Origin: Macrostomum lignano
Taxonomy: Eukaryota
Reading direction: 5' to 3'
NCBI GenBank assembly: GCA_002269645.1
Contig: NIVC01000380.1
Location: 124,001 to 188,000, forward strand
DNA: 64,000 nucleotides
The position numbers and the translations under genes are program-made. Under the pieces are notes generated by a model, which had not been told where the DNA came from, ran no database searches, and worked only from the letters and a program-made list of their open reading frames with translations. This document shows positions 24,266-35,600 of the stretch, one piece after another. Within the stretch, counting starts at the first letter, position 1. Each line of letters begins with the position of its first letter.

Positions 24266-27200
24266 ATGTTCCGAACGGTTCTGCTTCTGTTCTGTATGAG
24301 CGCAGGCATCTACAATACTTTGAGCTCCCCGTCCTCAATACGTGAGTATAGATTTTTTCTTGCCTTTGATTTGCGCTTTAGCTTGCAAGAATGCATTGAT
24401 CATGATAGTATACTAGCTGGAAAAGTAGCTTTAGTAGTTAACGTCTTTTCGACACTTTCAATGGACTTCTTGAACTTAAGAAATATAAATTAGTAGCAGT
24501 TTCAAAATTGGATCATAGGCATAACAATTCATCTCTACAATACAGGGATTTTTTATGGTGCCGATTTTCAAATTTAAGCTGCAAAGTTAAAGCGTATGGA
24601 ATCTCAAACTAGCAATCAGCACCCCCAATTCTCAGCCATTCTCCCCCGTGAGCCTTGACATCTGCAGCAATCCCCCGTGAGCCCTGACATCTGCAACAAT
24701 CCCCCCGTGAGCCTTGACATCTCACTCAGTAAAATTCTCCTCAAGAGTCACAGCGTTATAGCAATTGAGACTTGACATCGAAGCAATTCCCAAGGACAAA
24801 TAAATCTTCTATGTTCCTCGACATGACGCTACCTTTATGCTTTACATGCATGGCTTGTTTTTTTGACATGACAAATTTTTATGTATTACATGAAGCTTCT
24901 CTTATGTCTGACATGACGCTTCTTTTCATACATGACTCTGCTTTAATGTTTTACATGCAGATTGCGCAATTCCTAGGGCTAGGTGTTTTACATGGCACTT
25001 CTTTTGTTTTATTTTGACGCTTCTTAATGTTTTACATAAAACTCAGATTAGTGCATTTACTCGTACCAATTCCCCTTATCAGTCTTGACATCGTAGCAAA
25101 TCCCAATAAGCCTTTTATGTTCGATCAGGCACTTCAACTTTTTTTGTTGAGTTTTCTTCTGTTTAAGTAAAACAGCTTTCAATAAAATTATTGCTATGGT
25201 TCACTTGCAGTTTAGCAGATTAGTACCACTCTTACCGAAAACGCTACGTGCTGCTCCAGTTTGAGATGGGCGTCTATTTTATACAGACTGGCATTTTTGA
25301 CCTCTCGGAGCAACGCCGGGGGGGGTTTAAGCAATAGAAAGATCTGGGACTCAGTCCACTAGTTGTACACGAATTTAGTTCGTTCTAGTAGGTTGCTAAG
25401 TGTGTGTGGGTTAGAGATTATTCGGGGTTTTGCAAATCTATGCGTTGAGTTGGATAAATTTTGGGATAGAGAGGTTACAGAAAAATTATTCGAATAAAGA
25501 AAAAGTTTTTTCTCTTAGCTCTGTCCATAGTAGGGGTGTTCGGGTTGTCAAGCTTCTTGGGGTTGATCTCGCCTTCTTGGGCAGCTCCAGGTTGAATAGG
25601 GGTCAGTGGGCGGACCTTCTGATTCTCCCCCAGTGTTCGCCAGATTCTGCCACGTGCCGATCGCTCTTTTAACTTCGTTTGCTGTCTAATTTGGGCCTCT
25701 CCCCAGTTTGCTTCTCCCAGCCGGTTTGAGCGCCATTGTGCCTGCGGCGGGTGTGGCTTTCTTAGATTTGGTCATTCAAATTTGACTTGACAGTTTGATT
25801 AATTATCTTAATGCTGCTTCTATTCACCCTTCTAATAGCAATCTATAGGACTTTCATTGTGCTTTTCTGTCTCGCCCTTCCCTGTGCCTGGGCATTTGAT
25901 AATTTTCTACCTATCTTCAGGCTTAGGTGAATTTCAGATTTCTAACTCTTATACTCTGGTCACATAAATAAATTATCTGCTTCAATGCAGACTCGAACAG
26001 CCGACCTTCCGAGCGTATGCCTGATACTATGTGCCTAAAACGCGGCTATTATGCCTAATATATTGACAGATGAACGAAAACGGCCTTATGCTATAACTTT
26101 TCATTTTACAATCCGCATAGTCGGGCAGTCACGAGCAGTCAATCACTGGTACAGTAAAATGCACCCATGCTGCTCAAATTTGATTGCACAACGTACAGTC
26201 AAGGAGAAGCACATTAATGTTAGCTACGGTCACTGCCAGTCAAACGGCTAGATAATCTGAATGGACACACGCGACCACTGACCCGAAAATCTGAGCTGAT
26301 GTACGAGCTAATATTCTCTACTGAATTCAACGATTTTGCCTTTTCAGATGAAAAGAAGCAGGGAGCGAAGGTCTACCCGGTTATTCCGAGTGAGTTTGCT
26401 TAATTGAGTTCATTGGATCTCATCCGTCTTCTGCAGCAGAATATTTTTGCACGTTTTGTTAAACCACAAACCTTTGTGTGCCAACTTGGTCTCACCTGCT
26501 ATACATTTAATTTCAACTTTTTAGAGTTTCCAATTGGATGCTACTACTATAAGAAGACGATTGAAGGTTTTCGAACACCAGTGCTAGAATCTAAAAATAT
26601 GTCACACCTCATTTGCGCTACCGAGTGTGTGAGGCGTAATGTCAACGGAAAATACATATATTTCGGCATCGCCAATGGTGACCGCTGCTTCTGTAAATCG
26701 GGATTTTCTTCGTTGACCGGGATAAGCATCCCCATGAGCTATTGTTCATACCGATGTCAACAAAATGACAAGCAATTCTGCGGTGGCGGCATTGGAATTT
26801 TGTATTTTAATCTGGACACAACGCTTACTCCTCCAGAAACAGGCAAGTATTCGGTGGTATCACCTGTGAAAGAGCTGATTCAAATGCAAACCCAATTGAT
26901 ATCTGCTTTTCCAAACCGGTAAAAATCTGTTTGCGAATCCTCAGTCGTGCCTGAATTCGCCACATGCGCACGGTAAGGATTTCCCTGTCTAAAATTATCG
27001 ACATCCCTCAACTAAGATTTAACCAGCTCTCTCGATTTTCACAGCTACATGTAACTTTCGGCCAGCCGACCAAAATTACCCCAAATGTCTCAGTGACTAT
27101 GAAAACGTTTTTTTGTTCTTCGTAGAAGTGCCAAATTGTTCTTCCAGCTTTTCTATGCGATTTCCTTTCAAATGACCTGTAAATCTGTTCGAGATGACGT

Positions 27201-28644
27201 AAAGTGTTAGCTACTGGGTTCAACAACGATTTTGCCTTTTCAGATGAAAAGACGCGGGGAGCAAAAGTCTATCCGGTTATTCCGAGTGAGTTTTAACTAT
27301 TTGAGTTCATTTTCATCTATCTTCAGCAGCTGAATATTTCTGCATGCCTTTACGCGTATTAGCCACGCGCCAATTTGATCTCACCTCCCATAAATTGGAT
27401 TTCAACTCTTTTAGATTCTCTAATTGGCTGCTACCACTACTATGCGGAGGGTGACGATTTTTATGCAGTAATAAAATCAAAAAAGATGTCACACCTCATT
27501 TGCGCTACCAAGTGTGTGAGTCGTGACGGCTATGGAAAACTCAAATATTTCGCCATCGCCAATGGTGACCGCTGCTTCTGTAAATCGAAATTACCTGCGA
27601 TTAACGAGATAAGCGTCCTCAAATATTGTTCATTTCGATGTCAACAAAATGACAAGGAACCATGCGGTGGCAGCATTGGAATGTTGTATTTTAATCTCAC
27701 CACAACGCTTACTCCTCCGGAAACAGGCAAGTATTCGGTCGTGTCACCTGTGCAGGAGCTGATTCAAATGCAAACCAATACTCAGTCGTTTATTTATTTA
27801 CCTAATGTTCAGGATTTATTTGTCTGATATTCTCTAAAATATAAAATGCCCTCAACCATCTTTGATTCATTTAGATCTCTCGATTCTCACAGCTTGCAGG
27901 CATTCACCAAACAGTAAAAAATTGCCCCAACTGTCTACGGTTGCCCATGGGGACGTTTTCCTGGAAATGCCAATTGTTCTTCCAGCTTTTTATGCCATTT
28001 CCTTTCAAATGACCTGAAAATCTGTTTGAGATGACGTAAAGTGTATTTGTAGTCTATCACGTTGAACAACGATTTTGCCCTTTCAGATGAAAAGAGGCAG
28101 GGAGCAAAAGTCTATCCGGTTATTCCGAGTGAGTTTAATATTTAAGTTCATTCTCATCTATCTTCTGCAGCTGAATATTTCTGCATGCCTTTACGCGTAT
28201 TTGTGTGCGCACTTGGTCTCACCTCGCATAAATTTGATTTCAATTCTTTTAGATTCTCTAATTGGCTGCTACCACTACCATGAGGAGGGTGACGATTTTA
28301 AAATAGTAGTGAAATCTAAAAATATGTCACACCTCATTTGCGCTACCGAGTGTGTGAGGCATGATGTCTATGGAAAATACAAATATTTCGCCATCGCCAA
28401 TGGTGACCGCTGCTACTGTAAATCGGAATTACCTTCGAATAACGAGATAAGCGTCTCCAAATTTTGTTCAAATCGATGTCGACATAATGACAAAGAACTA
28501 TGCGGTGGCAGCAGGGGAATGTTGTATTTTAATCTCACCACAACGCTTACTCCTCCGGAAACAGGCAAGTATTCGGTCGTGTCACCTGTGCAAGAGCTAA
28601 TAATTCAAATGCGAACCCTCTTCGATGCTTTCAAAGCCGGTTAA
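24266..28644 (+). CDS. Secreted tandem WSC-domain protein. Join: 24266-24341 (signal peptide), 26348-26389, 26525-26842, 27244-27285, 27415-27726, 28087-28128, 28253-28564 (then read-through to stop at 28644, or an unseen further exon)
   Basis: Three 8-Cys WSC domains (IGCY...C...C...YF.IANGDRC.C...C...C...CGG). All junctions are phase 1 and in frame. Exon 1 MFRTVLLLFCMSAG is signal-peptide-like and ends at C|GTGAGT. The WSC exons end at CAG|GCAAGT (GC-AG). Confidence 0.78.
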
Positions 28645-28800
28645 AATACGTTTGTCAATTCGCCACATGCGCACTTTACGGATTTCCCTGTTTAAAATTA
28701 TCGACATCCCTCAGCTATCTTTGATTCACCGGCCAGCTCTCTACGATTGTTACAGCTTGCTGCCCAGAATTACCCGACAGTTCGTAACAGAATATAGTCA
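26320..28800 (+). repeat. Three tandem ~0.85-0.9-kb genomic duplications, each carrying a linker exon, an intron and a WSC exon
   Basis: Introns and exons are homologous between the units. Confidence 0.9.
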
Positions 28801-29496
28801 TTGTCCTTTGCTGTACGCTTACTATTGAACGCTTCGAAATCAATACTTAAGGCTACTACTACATGTAACCTCTAAAACCATATACACAACTGACCATTGT
28901 GCCAAAGTTTGTACTGGAGAGTTCAGTGTATTTAGCGGTAAAAGCTCAGAAGGCGCACATTATTGAACTAACCCGATAGACACTATGTAATATGAGTATT
29001 CGTTAAAAGCACTTGCCTTTCAATAACAAGCATCTTCACCACCCCCAGGCTGCATGTTATGCACTCCATAAATACTACATATACCCATTAGGAGAAAGTG
29101 ATTTTATCTTTGGTCAACAATGCTATGTTGGACTGCTGCTTTTTACGAATTATTGTGAAGGAAATTCCTCTCAAACTAATTCATGATTTTAAAGAAACGC
29201 AAAGCAGAAGTGATTAAAAATTAACTAGTCCAGCTAAAGAGAAGTTGCAGAACTTTTTGACAAGTGGAGTGGAGTCTACACTTCCTCAACTGACTCTTTA
29301 TACCTTTGATAAAAAATTTCAGAGATCTAACAATGGCTGCTCTGAAGTTCAATGGAACAGTTCGGTGCTGCATTGGAGGCGGCAAAACTATAGGTGGCCC
29401 ATAGCAAACTGACAGTGTATTGGTTATTTGACTTTCTGGCAAATACTTTAATTCAGTGAAATTTAACCCAGCTATTAATAATAAACTACTCTAAAA

Positions 29497-30242
29497 CTAT
29501 TGTTTTGTTTCTAAGCATGGTGTACTAAGTAAGCCAGCTAATACTTTGTTCCGATTACCTGTGTGTGGCCTGGGAATCATTTCTAAATAGTTGCATTGTG
29601 TTACCGCATATTTCATATTGTAGTATTGTTTTGTTTCTAAGCATGGTGTACTAAGTAAGCCAGCTAATACTTTGTTCCGATTACCTGTGTGTGGCCTGGG
29701 AATCATTTCTAAATAGTTGCATTGTGTTACCGCATATTTCATATTGTAGTATTGTTTTGTTTCTAAGCATGGTGTACTAAGTAAGCCAGCTAATACTTTG
29801 TTCCGATTACCTGTGTGTGGCCTGGGAATCATTTCTAAATAGTTGCATTGTGTTACCGCATATTTCATATTGTAGTATTGTTTTGTTTCTAAGCATGGTG
29901 TACTAAGTAAGCCAGCTAATACTTTGTTCCGATTACCTGTGTGTGGCCTGGGAATCAATTCTAAATAGTTGCATTGTGTTACCGCATATTTCATATTGTA
30001 GTATTGTTTTGTTTCTAAGCATGGTGTACTAAGTAAGCCAGCCAATACTTAGTTCCGATTACCTGTGTGTGGCCTGGGAATCATTTCTAAATAGTTGCAT
30101 TGTGTTACCGCATATTTCATATTGTAGTATTATTTTGTTTCTAAGCATGGTGTACTAAGTAAGCCAGCCAATACTTAGTTCCGATTACCTGTGTGTGGCC
30201 TGGGAATCATTTCTAAGCATGGTGTACTAAGTCAGCCAGCCA
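29497..30242. repeat. 126-bp tandem repeat, about 6 copies
   Basis: Period measured from 29511 to 29637. The 42-aa periodic ORF is an artefact. Confidence 0.95.
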
Positions 30243-30820
30243 ATCGCTCATTTCAGTTAATTTCTAATTTACAGCGAGCAAGTATGCAAAACCACTTAAG
30301 CACATTTTCGTAATTTCATGCGCATAGTCAAAACCAATAAACTTTGCGGGCCCATTCATCCGTTTCTCCCTAAGCAATCTCTGTCTCTGTGCTTATTTTA
30401 TAATAAGAAAATTAAAGTATTTGTTAACTGGAACTTTTCTAGGAGTTAATAGCAAGAACTGTTACTGATAAGACGGAAGATCACTTTTGAACCAGAATGT
30501 CGAGATTGCAGAGCCATTTTAACCCATAGATAATAAAAAAGGCGAAGATTTGCACACAATTGAGTAAAATTCATTTTGCAGCCGATACTACTACAACAAA
30601 CTATAAGTAGTGTACCTTAGTGCGTCCAAAATTTTCTTAGACACCCCTCTTATCTCCACTGCCCTATCCCATGTCCAATTTTTGTTTTTGAGGAGTTGAC
30701 AGGCCCTTTCAATCCCCTGATTCGTTTAGCTCGTGTAGCCTCTGACACTTATAGGCCTCCTGCTCATTTCTAAGAAAATCCGGGTGTTAGCATCCACTGC
30801 AGTTGGATCCATGCGTCGAA

Positions 30821-30985
30821 GTGGATACAGAAAATAATAATTTTGTCCGAGTTTTCATTTTTTCAGCATAAAATTGTTATTGCTTTCGAAAGGCACAGCA
30901 TATCAAAAGATGAGCATTGGGCCTGCCTTCTATCGAAGGCAATAACAATTTTTGTACTGAAAAATGAATATTTTCTATCTCCGTA
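30821..30985. repeat. Imperfect inverted repeat / hairpin (MITE-like)
   Basis: Arms of ~45 bp at 30854-30895 and 30924-30968, with further outer pairing AGAAAATA/TATTTTCT. Confidence 0.7.
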
Positions 30986-31730
30986 GGGTAGTTTTTTTTC
31001 GAAGAAAACCTACCCCCTAAAATTATCCAAGAAACGTGGTTTTATGTCCTTCTATTTGAGAAGTCCTTGAGTGATATATTTTTACTAATCGTGTTAAACA
31101 TTCCTCGACATTAAAAATCGAATGTATTTTGTTAGATTATTAAGCTGCAAACACTATTGCAATAATAGAAACGTATGCAAATGTCTATAAACCGATATAG
31201 CTAAGGTTTAACTATAAAAACTGTTAGATTCTACATTTTAAAGCTGTTCAGTTACACCGTTAAAAACTCACTGTAATAAAATCCACAAAGAAAGTGCAAA
31301 GCATTGTATCGAAGCATTAATAGCATCAACAGATCACTGTAGCAAATAATGGCATCACAGTTAATAAAACAAAGACTATAGCAAAACTATGCATTAGGCT
31401 ACTGACTAACAACAAATTAAGACACGAATGAACAAAATGTAAAGACAAGAGAGACGGTGGAGCAAAGATTAGAAAGGCAAAAGACTACTATAAAATCAGG
31501 ACTAAACAAAGAACTTTAAATGACAGACAACCTAAGTAGAGTAGAATAAAAACTTCTAAATAGAAGCACAAATAATTAAACTTCTAGGAAATATTTTTGA
31601 AGACGCGCCTAATTAAAACTAATTTGATAGTTATTGTTTTTTATTTTTCTAGCACTATTTCTTTCTATTTGCGTCAACACAGCCTTCGAAAATTGCTGTT
31701 TAAGAAATGAGTTCTCTTCATCCTTTTGCT

Positions 31731-32949
31731 TTAAGCGCTGTTTTCAGCAGCCAAGTAGACCTTAGTGAGGCCTTGTCTGTCAAATATTTCAGCCATCAAT
31801 CGGTCCAGATTGGCGTTGACTCCGCGCAGACCGCTGCAGACTTGCGCAGACCAGAGAAAATAGGCGTCCACCCGGTCGCGAGTCCAACCAACCGGGTGTA
31901 CGCGTTCCAAATCGCGCAGATTGTAAATCTTGTCGGCCGATTTCACAAGCTTAGCGCGTACGGACGCGTGCGGTGTGTGCAGGATCTGTGTTTGAGGTTT
32001 GACGTGGCGCTTTGACTCTCTGATTTAAAAATAGCTTCTTTTCATAAGATCGCAACTTTAAATCAACTTATGGATTGCTCAATTTAATCAGCTCAAAAAT
32101 TTTGCTCCAATTTCATGGATCTTACATTATGGAATCATATTGATTTCTTGGATTAGTTTTATCGATTTTTCAGATTGGCTTATCGATTTTTCAGACTGGT
32201 TAATCGATTTCTTAGTTTGACTTACCGATTCTTAGATTGGCTTATCGATTTATTATATTGGCTTATCGATTTCTTGGATTAATTTTAACAATTTCTTTGA
32301 TTAACTTATCGATTTATTAGATTAGTTTTATCGATTTCTTGATGATTAGTTTTATCGATTTCTTAGATTAGTTTTACCGATTTCTTAGATTAGTTTTTAT
32401 CGATTTCTTAGATTGGCTCATCGATTTCTTAGATTACTTTTATCAATTTCTTTGATTAACTTATCGATTTCTTTGATTACTTTTATCAATTTTTAGATTA
32501 GTTTTGTCGATTTATAAATTAGCCCTTGAATTGCAAACAATAAAACTGCTTGTACTTTATTTTTTTACCTGGATTCTTTTCCGTTCTGCAGCTGGCAGAA
32601 GTTTATCGTCGCTGCACTCTTGCACAACCTGAGCAACTGGCCGACCAAAAACTGTTTCGAGCTCTTCAAAACTTGTATCGGTGTCTTCAACAGTGTCGTG
32701 AAGAATTGCTGCCTCAAGAGCGATTGTGTCCGACACACCAGCTTCGGAGCTGAGAATTCGAGCCACTCCAATTGGATGGTTGATGTAGGGCGTCGCTTCT
32801 GGATCTTTGCGTCGCTGACACTTGTGCTTCTCGGCGGCAAAGTTGACAGCTTCTAGTAGCCTGGGCAGACTGCCCACTTCTACATCATCGATGCCCTGAT
32901 TTGCACTTAATACTGGAGCTGAGCGATCCATTCTGTGTTTAGCAGTCAT
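31731..32949 (-). CDS. HDDC3: MESH1 (ppGpp hydrolase / HD-domain phosphatase). Join (minus): 32931 (or 32949)-32569, 31985-31731; about 205 aa
   Basis: Motifs HKCQRRKD, TPYINHPIGVA, AAILHDTVEDT, VQECSDDK, KLVKSADKIYNLRDL, GWTRDRVDAYF.W. The intron is phase 0, GTAA...CAG. Confidence 0.95.
32150..32520. repeat. HDDC3 intron degenerate ~20-bp repeat (TTATCGATTTCTTAGATTAG)
   Basis: Direct reading. Confidence 0.85.
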
Positions 32950-33253
32950 GCAGTATTTTAATAAGCAGCTTGTGTCAATCAAGGTTTTTATGGGTTATTT
33001 TTTACTACTACTACCTAATTGCTTATTGAATAGACACTATTGCAGTCGTGTCCTGCAGGTTGGCTACTGGTTATTATGTTTAGTGGATTTTAACTGGTTT
33101 GAATTCTGGTAGAATGCTGCCATCAGGTTCCTGGTATTCCCTAATCCTAGTACTTAGATAATTAAAGAATAAAAACAGGAAACCAAAGATTTATTAGTTA
33201 CTTGAAGATATAAAACTGATAGTAGTGTAAAATCATATCTACTTTACTATTAA

Positions 33254-33616
33254 GGGGGGGGGCCGTAGCCCAGTGGTAGCGCAGCTGCTCTGGTATGCCA
33301 GTGACCCAGGCTCGATTCCAAGTGCAGTCACATTAATTTGGGGCTGAATTGGAATCTCGGCTTGGCTCTGCTCGTGCAATTAACGGCCTTGAGAGCCAAC
33401 CCCCCAAGGCGCAGTGAAGTGTACATGCCTAACGATAAATAAAGTTAGGGCCGCTGTACACTCCTGTGTGAGTGTGTGCCTGCGTACGTATCCGCGCGCT
33501 TGTGTGCTTGCTCAGGGGAGTCGGCGGAATGGGCAGTAATGCCTCTCACCGGTTGTGTGCCTATGTCGCTTAAATTGCACCAGGGTGCACACAACCCCCC
33601 TGCCTCTAATAAAAAA
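33254..33616 (+). mobile_element. tRNA-derived SINE, near-intact copy
   Basis: G-run start, A-box TAGCCCAGTGG, B-box-like GGCTCGATTCC, tail CTAATAAAAAA. 13-bp TSD ATCTACTTTACTA at 33237-33249 and 33617-33629. Confidence 0.88.
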
Positions 33617-35125
33617 ATCTACTTTACTACACTATCATTATATACATTTATGCACCAAGACACATTTTGGCATATATTTTAGAGAAATTTTTGTTTTTGG
33701 CATACACTGGCATACATTTAGCTGAGATAGGATTCTTGTTCTAGCATACACTGCTACATGATCTAGAACCTGGGGGTTTTTGGCAATACCTATAGCTATA
33801 GGCTGCAATCAATATTGGCAATGTCCTAGTTTCCCATGTTAAATTGTTTTGACCCGATTTTCATTATTTTTAGTGTAAATCATGGCTAGACAACCTCGAG
33901 TGCCTGCTCAAATATCTTACCTCTTGCCAATTTATGGCCATCAGCTAACCTCTGTGACCTTGATATCAGTCATTAAGAATACCAATGAAGGAAAAGTTTT
34001 ATAGTCAGCATGGCGCCAGTGATGACCTTTTTGACTCCCACCTTAGCAAGTTTCTCTGGTGCTGACTCTACCAAAAAAGAGTTCTGACAACTTTTTGTAC
34101 TGGCTGACACATTACTACATTGTGTAATACTCCTTTTAGTTTAGACATAAGACTCATTTTAAATCTTGAATAGGCTAAACTTGCTTTTGTTTGTTTGTTT
34201 CAAATTCTAGGTCAAAATAATTTAATGCAGGAAACTAGGACATTGCCTCAATATCTTTTTTAGGCTTTATCTTTGCCATTGCAATTATAAGCTAATAGTC
34301 AATACCAAGCTAAAGGAGCTATCCCTTATATGATAATCTAAATGGCAAATTTGTTTTATAGATCCACTGCTTGCAAGCTCTCATTTTTGTATTTTCAATG
34401 GATATGTTATGTTGTCATATTTGCTATAGTAGGCAGTAGGCTACTTGGACTTTTTGAACATTAGGTTCATAAAATACTTCCAATTTTCCTATTTTTCTAA
34501 AACTTTTGCCAGAGTCTTAGAGGCTGTCCAAAATGATAATAAAGCAAAGAAAACTGCAAAAAAATACTGTCAGAGTTAACAGGAGCTCAATTTGTTAATA
34601 TTCTATGCAATTAATGATTATTTGATGCAAGCAGTTTTAGAGAATTGTATGTTTGAAAACTAAACTTTTTTAGAATCATGGCTCTCAAAGGTAAATATTT
34701 TCTAAAATTTTGATGAATTCATTGTAAAAAACATTTAGGAGGTAAGATTTTTAACTTCCAATAAAAAGAGTGTCTATTCTAATTTTTTTTTCACTCAGTT
34801 TGTTATAGTGCACTGAGAGTTCTACATCAAATTAGTGTTTTTTAAAAATGCTGACTCACGGTTTGCCATCGCCTTGGCTTCCTACTTTTGATTCACTATT
34901 ATTCTCTCATGGTTGTGACTAGCTGTATATTCTTTATTTGTTTACCTATACTTAATTTCTACTAATCTACATCAATTGTCTTCTCTATTTTGAAAGGTAA
35001 TTATAGCTGTTGATATCAATTAGTTTGATAAGGTTATAATTTTTCTCTATGGAGGTATTTGATGACTTGCTGAATGTTTTATTTAAGCTTCATTACATTT
35101 CTACTCTAGAACCCTTAGTCTCCAA

Positions 35126-35600
35126 ATTTATCTACCTAATCTACAATAGACACCCATGCCTCTATTGAAGTTTCCCCATGTAAAATCAATCCCCATGAAG
35201 ATTCTCCCCACCCTAAAACCCCCCATTCTCCATGTCCCAGTGGTTGGTAGTTATCAGCCTATCTCCCTTTGTCAGATCCCCCTTGGGTTTAGAATTTATC
35301 TACCTAATCTTCAATAGATCCCCATGCCTCTATTGAAGTTTAAATAAATAAAATCAATCCTTATGAAGATTCTCACCACCCTAAAACCCCCCATTTCCTA
35401 TGTCCTAGTGGTTGGTAGTTATTGGCCCATCTCCCCTTGTCAGACCCCCCCTCATTAGACCACCCTTAGGTTTAGAGTTTACCTAGGCCTACCTAATCTT
35501 CAATAGATCCCATGCCTCTATTGAAGTTAAAGTAGATAAAATCAATCCCCATAAAGATTTTCCCTACCCAGAACCCCCTATTTACCATGTCCCAGTGGTT
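35126..35600. repeat. ~168-bp diverged tandem repeat, 3 copies, CpG-free
   Basis: Recurring TTTATCTACCTAATCT...CCCATGCCTCTATTGAAGTT...GTGGTTGG. Confidence 0.85.

Noticed and set aside
25230-25775. Minus-strand MTKSKKATPAAG... frame resembling a retroelement ORF1 start in WSC intron 1
   Set aside because: It has multiple stops and frameshifts and no diagnostic motif, so it cannot be supported.
29497-30242. CRISPR-like array
   Set aside because: The units are fully repeated with no unique spacers, there are no cas genes, and the context is eukaryotic.
33254-33330. tRNA gene
   Set aside because: No complete cloverleaf or acceptor stem. It continues into a SINE body with a tail and TSD.
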